Shown here: one piece after another, positions 1 to 9,205 of the stretch | How positions within the stretch are numbered: the first letter of the stretch is position 1 | How the letters are laid out: every line of letters begins with the position of its first letter | Assembly: GCA_021810605.1 (NCBI GenBank) | Contig: JAJZIL010000001.1 | Span: 67,412 to 131,411 of the forward strand | DNA from: a bacterium | GTDB taxonomy: Bacteria; Patescibacteriota; Dojkabacteria; JAKAPS01; JAJZLI01 | Length of the DNA: 64,000 nt | Reading direction: 5' to 3' | The notes under the pieces: model-generated | Seen by the model: only the letters and a program-made list of their open reading frames with translations | Told to the model about the DNA's origin: nothing | The model's database searches: none | Position numbers and translations under genes: made by a program

Positions 1-172
1 TTTTAGCAACTTTTACTTTATCTGAATATTCATCTCCCAGCTCTTCAATAACAGGAGATAGCATATGACAAGGCATACACCAATCTGCCCAAAAATCTAC
101 AATTACAATTTTTTCCTTTTCATCTAATACTTCTTTTTTAAATGATTCTGAAGTTAAATCTATGTGTGACAT
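1..172 (-). CDS. trxA: thioredoxin (partial; N-terminal part in window, C-terminus beyond window start)
   Basis: Reverse-strand translation from ATG at 170-172 gives MSHIDLTSESFKKEVLDEKEKIVIVDFWADWCMPCHMLSPVIEE... with the WCxPC thioredoxin active-site motif. Confidence 0.8.
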   Translation of the reverse strand, partial: MSHIDLTSESFKKEVLDEKEKIVIVDFWADWCMPCHMLSPVIEELGDEYSDKVKVAK

Positions 173-215
173 ATATAAACCCTATTAAATTAATTACATT
201 AAGTATAACAAAAAA

Positions 216-240
216 AGACGGGAATAAAAACCCGTCTTTT
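216..240. terminator. GC-rich hairpin AGACGGG-N8-CCCGTCT flanked by an A-run and a T-run (bidirectional intrinsic terminator between pilin and trx genes)
   Basis: Seen directly: aaaaaAGACGGGaataaaaaCCCGTCTtttt. On the minus strand the stem is followed by T7, immediately downstream of the stop of the 266..853 gene. Confidence 0.6.
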
Positions 241-265
241 AATGTGAATATATGATTATTTGGAA

Positions 266-853
266 TTAACTCCCACCATTATATTCATAAACTAAAGGAT
301 AACCAGCTGTATTTGTAGTTGCCCCTCTTGGAAGAGTTGCTCCATTTCCAGTAGAGAAAACTAATATTTTATCTCCAGCTATATTCTCTCCTACATAATA
401 ATTTCCAGCAGGAATAGAACCTAAATCACTACTAATTGCACTATATAGACTAGAAGTTGAAGTTAATTGTTCACAATCTCCAGCTGCTGTTCCAGTTGCA
501 ATAGTTAAAGTAACATTAGGAATAGTTCCAGTTCCAGTTACACAATAAGGCGTTCCTAATGAAGAACCAGTTACACTAAATCCAAGTGGAGTTGATGTTG
601 TAGTATCAAGAACACTCCCTGTAGATGGTTGTGGAATTCCAGTTGGATAATTTCCTTTGTTATCAACTGTATATGTCTGTATTGCCTTATAAATCTGTTG
701 AACATTACTCTCTGTTGTAGTATTGTTTGCATCGGCAATTCTTCCAATTGGATCCAATGCTATAAACACAACTAAAGCTAAAATAGCTATAATAACTATA
801 ACTATCAATATTTCAATAAGGGTAAAACCTTTTTTATTCTTTATATTTTTCAT
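266..853 (-). CDS. type IV pilin / pseudopilin-like protein (prepilin N-terminal methylation motif)
   Basis: N-terminus MKNIKNKKGFTLIEILIVIVIIAILALVV = class III signal peptide (G|FTLIE) plus hydrophobic helix; Thr/Gly/Ser-rich C-terminal domain. Confidence 0.75.
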   Translation of the reverse strand: MKNIKNKKGFTLIEILIVIVIIAILALVVFIALDPIGRIADANNTTTESNVQQIYKAIQTYTVDNKGNYPTGIPQPSTGSVLDTTTSTPLGFSVTGSSLGTPYCVTGTGTIPNVTLTIATGTAAGDCEQLTSTSSLYSAISSDLGSIPAGNYYVGENIAGDKILVFSTGNGATLPRGATTNTAGYPLVYEYNGGS

Positions 854-920
854 ATTTTTCTCACCTCCTTTATTTTTGTATATATAATAATTTATATTAG
901 TAGTATTTTTTTGTCAATTC

Positions 921-1451
921 TTAAATTTTATAAATTTGATAAGCGACACCATATCCTTTCACATCAATATTTGAACCTTCTCCTAAATCTGTACAAAAAA
1001 CTACTACTTTTGTACCATATACATTTTTAGCAATATAAAAATCTCCTATTGGAAGAGATCCACTAAGGTAAGGTGCTATTTGATTTGCAATAACTGATCC
1101 TTTCACTATAGACAGACATGAATTTTCAAAAGCTCCTGCTTGTATACAATTAGGGATTCCTAATGCATTACCCATAACATTAAATCCTGCTCCTATACCA
1201 GAAGTTTGAGTATTATTTATCATTAGAGGAGAAGATATTGCAGGGATTGAACTTGGAAGTTGACCTTTATGTAGAAGACTATATTCTTCAATTGCACTCA
1301 TAATCCTTTCTACCTCTTTTTCTTTATTTATGTTATATGTATCTGACACAGCTTTAACAGGATTAATTTCAAAAAAAACAATAAGAGTAAACAAAGCTAT
1401 TGTAACTAAAAATAAAAGTATCTCAGATATTCCAAATTTTTTACCGTTCAT
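921..1451 (-). CDS. pilin-like protein, divergent paralog of 266..853
   Basis: N-terminal basic stretch then hydrophobic helix (KKFGISEILLFLVTIALFTLIVF); shares internal motifs with neighbour (LGIPNC vs LGTPYC, YY(I/V)GEN..G.K(I/V)(L/V)VF). Confidence 0.55.
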   Translation of the reverse strand: MNGKKFGISEILLFLVTIALFTLIVFFEINPVKAVSDTYNINKEKEVERIMSAIEEYSLLHKGQLPSSIPAISSPLMINNTQTSGIGAGFNVMGNALGIPNCIQAGAFENSCLSIVKGSVIANQIAPYLSGSLPIGDFYIAKNVYGTKVVVFCTDLGEGSNIDVKGYGVAYQIYKI

Positions 1452-1507
1452 ATACTACAATTCAGAATAGCATAATGGCTAAATTTTTCAACAGTTCTAT
1501 TGAAAAG

Positions 1508-1516
1508 TTATCCACA
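1508..1516 (+). promoter_or_regulatory. perfect DnaA box TTATCCACA about 55 nt upstream of the dnaA start
   Basis: Seen directly in aaaagTTATCCACAatttg. Confidence 0.6.
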
Positions 1517-1572
1517 ATTTGATATTCTATGTACTTACAAATCTGTTCCATAATATTTTTCAAAAATAAATT

Positions 1573-2916
1573 ATGCATGATAATGTTAATGCAATCTGGA
1601 AGATTGCATCATCTCAAATAAAAATTAAGATTAATGAAAATAATTTTAAGATCTGGTTTAATAAAATAAAACTTGAATCTATACAAAATAATGTTGCAAC
1701 TATTTCTTGTCAAAACTCTTTTACATCCGACTACATACAAAAAAATTATCTAAATATAGTTAAAAATTCAATAAAAGAAGTTTATGGGTCAAATATTGAC
1801 TTAGTTTTCAAAGTAAGGCCAGAAGATATTAATTTAGAAGAGGAACCTATATTTGCATCTTTTGATGAGACAAAGAATAAAAATATAACTCTTCATTCAA
1901 ATTTAAATCCTAAATACAAGATTTCAAATTTTATAGTTGGATCCTCAAATAGGCTTGCTCATGCAGCAGCTTTAGCTATAATAGATTCTCCAGGAACTCT
2001 TTATAATCCTTTTTTTATATATGGAGGAGTTGGTCTAGGAAAAACACATCTTATGCAAGCTATTGGAAATGAACTATTATCTAAAAATCCAGATATAAAA
2101 ATTACATATATGAGTAGTGAGACACTTTTAAATGATTTTATAAACTCAATAGTAAAAGGAAAAAATGAAAATTTTAGAAAAAAATATAGAGAAAATGATA
2201 TTCTCATAATAGATGATATTCAATTTATATCTGGAAAAAAGGGAATTCAGGAAGAATTTTTTCATACATTTAATACATTACAACAAGCAAATAAACAGAT
2301 AATTTTGGCTTCAGATAGACATCCAAAAGAAATTGAAAATCTAGAGGAACGTTTAGTTTCTCGTTTTGAAGGTGGGATGGTAGCAGATATAACTAATCCA
2401 GATGAAGAGATGAGAATAGCAATTCTTAGAAAAAAATGCCAGGAAAAAAATATAGAAATTGATGAAGAAATTATAAATTTAATATCTGAGAATATTAATT
2501 CTAATATAAGGGAATTAGAAGGAATTCTAACAAAGATAGTTGCAACTGAAAATATTTTAAATAAAAAACTTAGTAAGGATGAGGTTTCAAAACTTATTGG
2601 TATTAATATAAAGAAAAGAAATAGAATTTTGAAGCCAAAGGATATACTTACTGGTGTTTGTGAAAAATTCGGAATATCTCAAAGAGAAATAATTGGAGAA
2701 AAAAGAACAAATAAAATTGCTCTTCCTAGACAAGTTGCTATGTATATGCTTAGAAAAGATCTAAATTTACCTTTGACTGAAGTTGCAAATATACTTAAGA
2801 GAAAAGATCATACTACAGTTTTACATGCTGTGGATAAGATAGAGAAATTAATAGATTCAGATGTATATATAAAAGATGATATTAGTGATATAAGAAGCTC
2901 TTTAGATAGATTTTAA
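1573..2916 (+). CDS. dnaA: chromosomal replication initiator protein DnaA
   Basis: AAA+ Walker A GGVGLGKTHL, Walker B ILIIDDIQF, C-terminal DnaA DNA-binding helix-turn-helix (LPRQVAMYMLRKDLNLPLTEVANILKRKDHTTVLHAVDKIE). Confidence 0.97.
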   Translation: MHDNVNAIWKIASSQIKIKINENNFKIWFNKIKLESIQNNVATISCQNSFTSDYIQKNYLNIVKNSIKEVYGSNIDLVFKVRPEDINLEEEPIFASFDETKNKNITLHSNLNPKYKISNFIVGSSNRLAHAAALAIIDSPGTLYNPFFIYGGVGLGKTHLMQAIGNELLSKNPDIKITYMSSETLLNDFINSIVKGKNENFRKKYRENDILIIDDIQFISGKKGIQEEFFHTFNTLQQANKQIILASDRHPKEIENLEERLVSRFEGGMVADITNPDEEMRIAILRKKCQEKNIEIDEEIINLISENINSNIRELEGILTKIVATENILNKKLSKDEVSKLIGINIKKRNRILKPKDILTGVCEKFGISQREIIGEKRTNKIALPRQVAMYMLRKDLNLPLTEVANILKRKDHTTVLHAVDKIEKLIDSDVYIKDDISDIRSSLDRF

Positions 2917-3232
2917 AAATGTGATTTTAATGTGTTATCTATGTGGATTATATGTTTATAACCTTTTGATTTTGTGGATATTAATTTATAGTAATAAACA
3001 TATATTTTTAATTTATACTACATCTATACACATTATTAAATCCATAAAAATAACATTTTTAAATTTTTAAATACTATGTTTGCAATAAAAAAATAAAATG
3101 TATATTATGAACAAATTAAACACACTAATATTTACTTTTATAAAAAGATATATTTACATTTAGTTTAAGTTATGAACATTACTACTTAAACTACTAATTT
3201 TATATATAATATATTATATAGATTTAATAAAT
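2917..3232. other. candidate oriC segment: AT-rich dnaA-dnaN spacer with two DnaA-box-like sites (TGTGGATTA 2942-2950; TGTGGATAT 2973-2981)
   Basis: Each box has one mismatch to TGTGGATAA (complement of TTATCCACA). The 316-bp spacer is extremely AT-rich and has the classic dnaA-dnaN position. Confidence 0.45.
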
Positions 3233-4369
3233 ATGGATATAAATATTATTAGAGAAAATTTTATAGAACTTTTAAATTTTAATATTAAAACACAATCATC
3301 TAAGGTTAGTATTCCAATCCTTTCAAATGTATATATAGAAGCAAAAGATGGTAAATTAACTTTAAAAAGTACTAATCTTGAAAACAGTATAATCTCTGTA
3401 TCTGGAGTTGAAGTAAAAAAAGAAGGTGTTACTACTGTAAATATGAAAAATTTATATGATTTTGTTTCTAATCTTAAATCAGAAGTTATAAATATTAAAC
3501 TAAATGATAATCAACTTACAGTATCAGATAATAACAATCATATTCTTTTAAATACTATATCTGCAGAAGAATTTCCAGAAATACCAGATTCTAAAGGAGA
3601 TCTAATTTTAAAAATACCTGCTTTTGATTTTGCGACAGCACTTGATAAAGTAACATTTTCAACTTCAACTGATCTTTCAAAAGTAATATTATCAGGAGTT
3701 TTATTTCAATTTGATGATAAAGTTCTAAAACTTGTTGGTATTAATGGATTTAGATTCTCTAGTTTTGAGGTAGATAAAATAGTAAATGAGTCTAAAACTG
3801 AATTATCTGAGATAATAGTACCTTCTTATTCATTAGATAGTATATCAAAGATTATAAAGGATTTATCTATGGATAATGATTCTTTTGTATATGTATATAT
3901 GTTTGGAAAGAACAATCAATTAATTTTTGAAATAGAAAATGTTAAGTTTGTAGTAAGGTTAATAGAAGGTAAATATCCTGATTATCAAAAAATTTTCCCA
4001 ACAGATTATGAATGTGAATTCACTATATCTACAGAAGATTTAAAAGATGTTGTTAAATTATCAAGTATATTCAGATTTAAAGATATATCTAGAATATATT
4101 TAGATATAGATCCTAAGGAAGGTGCAATTAGATTTCAATCTTCTTTAAAGGAGGTTGGAGAAAGTAATTCTATTATAAAGACAAAGATTAAAGGAAATAA
4201 ATCAGTAGTGAGTTTTAATTCTAAATATATAATGGATTTTTTAAATCATACAGATTCTGATAAATTAGAGGTTTTTATTAATCCTTCATCTTTGAAAAAA
4301 GTATCAAAATTTCAAGAAAAAGATAATTCTAAATTTATTTATCTAGTAATGCCTCTTTTAGAAAGGTAA
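3233..4369 (+). CDS. dnaN: DNA polymerase III beta subunit (sliding clamp)
   Basis: 378 aa, three-domain clamp length, immediately after dnaA; N-terminal MDINIIRENFIELLNFNIKTQS... pattern typical of DnaN. Confidence 0.9.
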   Translation: MDINIIRENFIELLNFNIKTQSSKVSIPILSNVYIEAKDGKLTLKSTNLENSIISVSGVEVKKEGVTTVNMKNLYDFVSNLKSEVINIKLNDNQLTVSDNNNHILLNTISAEEFPEIPDSKGDLILKIPAFDFATALDKVTFSTSTDLSKVILSGVLFQFDDKVLKLVGINGFRFSSFEVDKIVNESKTELSEIIVPSYSLDSISKIIKDLSMDNDSFVYVYMFGKNNQLIFEIENVKFVVRLIEGKYPDYQKIFPTDYECEFTISTEDLKDVVKLSSIFRFKDISRIYLDIDPKEGAIRFQSSLKEVGESNSIIKTKIKGNKSVVSFNSKYIMDFLNHTDSDKLEVFINPSSLKKVSKFQEKDNSKFIYLVMPLLER

Positions 4370-4698
4370 TTTTTATAAGTAAATTATCTTTATTATTTAT
4401 TAGAATATTAATAAAGTTCTTTTGTAACTATAACTTATTATTTTAAAGTATTTAATAAAATGTTATTAAAAGTACTCTATTTTGTAGTTTTATTATTTTT
4501 AATAGATAAAATATACTAACATGTTATATAAATTGATTTAGAGTATAAATAAAATCAAATATAACTATATTAAAATGTATATCAAAATGTGAATATTAAT
4601 AGATATTCCAAAATTTTATTATATGGAATATATTTACAAAGTGTATAAATATTAATACAAGGATATTTTATAGATTTTAGATATAATTAATTTTTTAG

Positions 4699-4980
4699 TT
4701 ATATTTTCTCTACTCTTATTTTTAAATCTTTAATTAAATCAGTTGAATTCTTCTGAATTAAATCTATTATTTCAGATTTTCTTAGAAGTATTTCTTGTGC
4801 AATATTAGGATTATTTGATATTAAATTTATAGTTCCGTTTTTTATATTTTTGAGTTTTATATTATATTTTATATCTATATCTAATATATTCTCTATAGAT
4901 CCATATATAAGATCTCTATCCTTTATTTTATCTTTTATATCATTCATAGAAATATTATTAATTTTTAGCTTTTTAAGCAT
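4699..4980 (-). CDS. DUF721 / DciA-like small protein
   Basis: KNGTINLISNNPNIAQEILLRKSEIIDLIQKN resembles the DUF721 core (KNGVLTVEVDSSAWAQELSFLKPEILEKLN); located next to dnaN as DUF721/DciA genes typically are. Confidence 0.5.
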   Translation of the reverse strand: MLKKLKINNISMNDIKDKIKDRDLIYGSIENILDIDIKYNIKLKNIKNGTINLISNNPNIAQEILLRKSEIIDLIQKNSTDLIKDLKIRVEKI

Positions 4981-5359
4981 TTGATATTTTTTTTATAAAA
5001 TCATCTGCTTTAGAATATTTTTTATCTTTTATAACTTTAAAAACATTTAATATATCATTTGTTGATATAGCTTCTTTTCCTGCAAATTTTTTTATTTCAG
5101 AAGAATCTAAGTCAACATTTAACCTATATTTATTAACCATATTATTTAATGGTTTTACAACATAAAGAATACTTTTTGTAAGACAATTATCACACATTAA
5201 ATAAACTATTGTGAGATTATCATTTCTATCTATTAATTCAATCATCCCTTTATCATGGTATGCACCACATTTATCACAATATGAAGGAATAATATCTAAT
5301 ATATCCTTTATTTCTTTATTATTATTCTTTTTTGTTTTTATATTTATTTTTTTATTCAT
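4973..5359 (-). CDS. hypothetical zinc-ribbon protein (CxxC...CxxC)
   Basis: CDKCGAYHDKGMIELIDRNDNLTIVYLMCDNC; stop overlaps the start of the downstream DUF721 gene (ATGCTTAA overlap). Confidence 0.5.
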   Translation of the reverse strand: MNKKINIKTKKNNNKEIKDILDIIPSYCDKCGAYHDKGMIELIDRNDNLTIVYLMCDNCLTKSILYVVKPLNNMVNKYRLNVDLDSSEIKKFAGKEAISTNDILNVFKVIKDKKYSKADDFIKKISNA

Positions 5360-5368
5360 TTGTATATA

Positions 5369-6478
5369 TTATATATCTTTTGTCAATTTTTTTTTAGATA
5401 TATGAGTAACTGATACTATTAGTATAAATATGAATATAATTACAAAACCTAATATTATTGATTTATGAAATCCTGTTATTATAAGGGCAATTAATCCTAA
5501 TAAAAATGTAAAAAAATATTCTATTAAAGCAACTTTTCTTTGAGACAAACCTAAATCTAATAATCTATGATGTAGGTGACGTTTATCATTTATATTCATT
5601 AATGATATTAAAGATTTAGGTTTGTCTTCTATTATTCTTGATATTATAACCCAAACAAGGTCTATTACTGGAATTGATAAAACCATTAATGTTGATGCTA
5701 GTTTTGCTCCAGAGTAAATAGAAAGAACAGCAATTATAAAACCATAGACACTCTTTCCACTAGCTCCTGAGAATATTTTTGAAGGATAAAAATTATAAAA
5801 AAGAAATCCTATCATTAATCCTGCAAATATAAAACCTAGAAAAGCTGTATTGATAGTTTGAAATCTTACAGATAGTAAAGCTATTATTATAGCTATAATA
5901 GATATATTTCCTTCTGCCAATCCATCAGATCCAGCCATCCATTTAACTGCATTGATTATGACTAATATCCATATTATTGTTAAAAATAGGGATACAAAAT
6001 ATAGGTGTACTCCTAAAAATTCAAAAGGAATTCTATTTAGAGAAAAGATTCCACCTAATGGTTTTGATACATAATTAATATCTATTCCTGCAAAAGTTAT
6101 AAATAGTGTTGCTAAAATTTGGATAAATATTTGTATTTTTGCACTTAGATCATATACATCATCAATTATTCCTCCTACTAGAAGAATAATTATACCTATA
6201 ATAAAAACAATTAAGTCTGTATTTATTTGTACATAAAATAAAATTAAGACTATAAATGGAACTATAACAGAAACTCCACCTAATTTTAATTTAGCAGTTT
6301 TATGAATTCTTCTATTTGCAGTAGTATCAGTTCTTTCTTTTGGAGGTAAGTCATAAATTTTAAACTTTTTAGATATTATTCCTATTATAGGAGTTAAAAG
6401 TAAGGATATAAAAAAAGATTCTATAAATATAGGAAAAAAGTAAATATATTTTAAATAAACAAATAAAAAATTATTCAT
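5369..6478 (-). CDS. glycosyltransferase family 4 polyprenyl-phosphate HexNAc-1-phosphate transferase (WecA/TagO-like; MraY superfamily)
   Basis: Multi-TM protein; motifs DDVYDL, NAVKWMAGSDGLAEGN (NxxNxxDGxDGLA) and KRHLHHRLLDLGLSQRKV (HLHHRL is WecA/TagO-type rather than the MraY HHH). Confidence 0.75.
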   Translation of the reverse strand: MNNFLFVYLKYIYFFPIFIESFFISLLLTPIIGIISKKFKIYDLPPKERTDTTANRRIHKTAKLKLGGVSVIVPFIVLILFYVQINTDLIVFIIGIIILLVGGIIDDVYDLSAKIQIFIQILATLFITFAGIDINYVSKPLGGIFSLNRIPFEFLGVHLYFVSLFLTIIWILVIINAVKWMAGSDGLAEGNISIIAIIIALLSVRFQTINTAFLGFIFAGLMIGFLFYNFYPSKIFSGASGKSVYGFIIAVLSIYSGAKLASTLMVLSIPVIDLVWVIISRIIEDKPKSLISLMNINDKRHLHHRLLDLGLSQRKVALIEYFFTFLLGLIALIITGFHKSIILGFVIIFIFILIVSVTHISKKKLTKDI

Positions 6479-6912
6479 ATAACTGTTTGTAATATTTTAT
6501 ATATATCCAGAACTATAAAGATATTAATAATTAAGCCTAGAGTATTTGTCATGAAATACAAACTTTTGACCTTATAGTAGCTTTTATATGATACATAAAA
6601 GAAAGATAGGCAACTGAATATTATAAATATGAGTGGAATAAAAATAAAAATTTTAGGATAAAGATTAAAATTATTATTTAAAAGTAATATTGGAATCTTA
6701 CTACTTAAAGAAAAATAATAATAATATATAAAAAAAATATAAATAAATATAAGGAATATATTAATAAATATATATATCCATGTATAAAAGTTTTTCCAGA
6801 ATGATATTAGGTTTAATGTATCAATTACATTTGATAGAAATTTTTTATTATTTTCTATTATTGAAGACTTTTTTATATCAAGAGGTATCTGATTTAATTT
6901 TCTTTGATCCAT
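6475..6912 (-). CDS. hypothetical integral membrane protein
   Basis: Highly hydrophobic and low complexity; ATGA-type overlap with the downstream GT4 gene. Confidence 0.4.
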   Translation of the reverse strand: MDQRKLNQIPLDIKKSSIIENNKKFLSNVIDTLNLISFWKNFYTWIYIFINIFLIFIYIFFIYYYYFSLSSKIPILLLNNNFNLYPKIFIFIPLIFIIFSCLSFFYVSYKSYYKVKSLYFMTNTLGLIINIFIVLDIYKILQTVI

Positions 6913-7013
6913 AATAAAAGTATATCATAAATGATCATTTATACTATCGATATTAAAAAGAAATTGTATTAATTTATTTAAAAATAGCAATAGTAATATT
7001 TATGATTTTTTAA

Positions 7014-9080
7014 TTAAAGATTTCCATTTATATTGCTAATAGATTGATTTGTCATATAATAATAAATATTTTTATTAAGATTTGTTTTTAATAGATTTAA
7101 TATAAAAATTTTATTATTTGATGCTATTATTCCCTTTATGAAATTTGGGTTTTTTGTGTATGATGTAATCTTGTTATAAATTGAGTTATTTATATAAAAA
7201 ACTCCAGAAGTAGGCATTCCAAATGCATTTGAACTTAAATTAGCTATATCTTTTGCATTTACTATTAACCCTAAATTTTTACTTGCGGAATTTAAATCTC
7301 CAGAATTGACAGAAAAAATAGTTTTTACTATTGAACCATTTTTAATTAAAACATACTCATATTTTACTATATTAACATTTCCAGAATTAAATTCAGGAGA
7401 ATTATAAAATACTAGCATGTAATTTTTATTTCCAGAAAGAATTTCATATAGATAATCTAAATTATTGTTATTTTCAGATATTAAATTTTTATTATTTAAA
7501 GAGAGTTTTTCTAGATATGTATAAAATGAAGTTTTAAATCCAGTTTGAAGAGATTGTAATTTTTTGATTTGTGAATTTTGATAATTTAAATTAGTAAGGT
7601 TATATAAAGAAGATATTGCACTTATATTGTTATTATTTGAAAAATCATAAAAAAAAGTATTTATATTTTTCTCTTTGATTATAGTATTATTTATTGAATT
7701 GCTTGTATTAACAGATATCTGAAATGTTTTATAAAAATTGTTATAAATTGGGATATATTTAAAGACAGGAGAAATTATTCCTAGTAGATAAACTGTTTGT
7801 TTTTCGGAATTAAGTAGTTTACTATTTTGGGTTGCAAGAGTTCCAATATTTTCTTTTCCAAAGTTTATTTCTTCTGAATAAATATAACTTTTTGAATTTT
7901 CATAATTTATAACTATGAATCCTATATATACTATAAATATAAACAATATGATTGCTATAAATGTAATAAAATAAAAAAATTTTTTCCCTTTTGGGGATCT
8001 ATTTCTTAGATCTATTTTTGATCTATCTTTAAGATATGCATTTTTTATATTATCAAAATCATGTATATTGATATCATCTTTAATTTTTTCTTTTTCCATA
8101 ACTTTGTTATCTTCAATTACTTCCTTTAAATTAACATCATCTATATGATTTTTAATTTTTTCTATATCTATACTAGAAGAATTATTAAGCATATTAGATA
8201 ATTTATATTCTATTGTATTTCTTATTCCTTCTTCAAAATTTGTTTTTACTTCCCAATTATCGAGAATATTAATTGGATTTTTTATCCTATCTTCTATTTT
8301 TCTATCTCTTGGTTCACTATTTACAACAGGAAACCCAGTAAGATCAGATATTCTAAATGCTAGCGATATATTTGATATATCTTCTTTATTTGAAAGTGAA
8401 AAATCTCCTTTTTTTTGAGAAAATAGTATATTAAATATCCCAGAGACTGCATCATCAATATATATATAATGAGAGAAAGAATGTTCTTTTCTGACTTTTA
8501 TAACCTCCTCTTTTTTGATACTTTCTATAATCATATTAATAGGACTTTTTATAAATACATCAATTCTTTCTCCATAAACATCAGCAATCCTTATCAATGA
8601 GATATTTAAATCATCCATCTCTTTCAATACTTTATTTTCTATAATTTCTTCATAATTATTAAAATTAGAGTTTTCTTTCTTATTAATATTTATAGTAACA
8701 ACAGATTTAGAGTTATAATATTTAGAGATTTCAAAAAAATTATCAAGAAGTTTTACATTTTTATCAATATCAAGTTCTTGATCATATTCAAAATTAGAAA
8801 TAAATATACAGAACCCAATATCTATTATGCTGTTTATTATCTCATCAATATTTATTTCAGAGAGAGTATCTATTACTTTTATTTCACCTTTTATTCCAGA
8901 TTCTTTAATTGTTTTTAATTTTCTAATATTATCAGAATTCTTTTTTGTAACACTATCTAATATAAGTACATTTCCTCCATTTTTAGAGATCTCTTCAGAA
9001 AGTTTTTCTCCTAAAAAATTTAATCCATTAAATATTATGGTTGTAGGTAGTTTTTTTACAAAGAAATTTTTATTTTGCAT
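7014..9080 (-). CDS. membrane protein with degenerate N-terminal NAD-dependent epimerase/dehydratase-like domain, one TM helix and an N/Y/S-rich C-terminal extracytoplasmic domain
   Basis: N-terminal 300 aa carry epimerase-fold landmarks (LIRIADVYGERID, YIYIDDAVSGI, TGFPVV...DNWEVKTNFEEGIRNTIEY) but a degenerate GxxGxxG. TM is FFYFITFIAIILFIFIVYIGFIVI. Operon with the GT4 gene. Confidence 0.55.
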   Translation of the reverse strand: MQNKNFFVKKLPTTIIFNGLNFLGEKLSEEISKNGGNVLILDSVTKKNSDNIRKLKTIKESGIKGEIKVIDTLSEINIDEIINSIIDIGFCIFISNFEYDQELDIDKNVKLLDNFFEISKYYNSKSVVTININKKENSNFNNYEEIIENKVLKEMDDLNISLIRIADVYGERIDVFIKSPINMIIESIKKEEVIKVRKEHSFSHYIYIDDAVSGIFNILFSQKKGDFSLSNKEDISNISLAFRISDLTGFPVVNSEPRDRKIEDRIKNPINILDNWEVKTNFEEGIRNTIEYKLSNMLNNSSSIDIEKIKNHIDDVNLKEVIEDNKVMEKEKIKDDINIHDFDNIKNAYLKDRSKIDLRNRSPKGKKFFYFITFIAIILFIFIVYIGFIVINYENSKSYIYSEEINFGKENIGTLATQNSKLLNSEKQTVYLLGIISPVFKYIPIYNNFYKTFQISVNTSNSINNTIIKEKNINTFFYDFSNNNNISAISSLYNLTNLNYQNSQIKKLQSLQTGFKTSFYTYLEKLSLNNKNLISENNNNLDYLYEILSGNKNYMLVFYNSPEFNSGNVNIVKYEYVLIKNGSIVKTIFSVNSGDLNSASKNLGLIVNAKDIANLSSNAFGMPTSGVFYINNSIYNKITSYTKNPNFIKGIIASNNKIFILNLLKTNLNKNIYYYMTNQSISNINGNL

Positions 9081-9175
9081 TATAATAAAAGATTAACAGG
9101 TTTATTTCTGTATGTAAATTATTGCTTAGATTTATAGACTTTTCCAGATTATTTGAAAGGTATTTTATTTCATAG

Positions 9176-9205
9176 TTGACAAATAAATACAGAGAGTGCT
9201 AATAT
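9176..9205 (+). promoter_or_regulatory. sigma70-like promoter of the hrcA-grpE-dnaK operon (TTGACA-N18-TAATAT)
   Basis: Seen directly: catagTTGACAaataaatacagagagtgcTAATATat. Confidence 0.5.

Noticed and set aside
2001-2207. Short antisense or overlapping ORFs from the six-frame track: 2001..2207, 5211..5405, 8827..9096, 11451..11768, 17162..17362, 20350..20565, 26360..26551, 30582..30797, 31172..31369, 33001..33264, 42086..42295, 42551..42736, 47296..47625, 52775..53014, 54678..54986, 55339..55590, 56352..56627, 58488..58793
   Set aside because: Each lies entirely inside, and antisense or out of frame to, a well-supported conserved gene (dnaA, dnaK, pnp, infB and others). They have low-complexity composition and no motifs, and are typical spurious ORFs.
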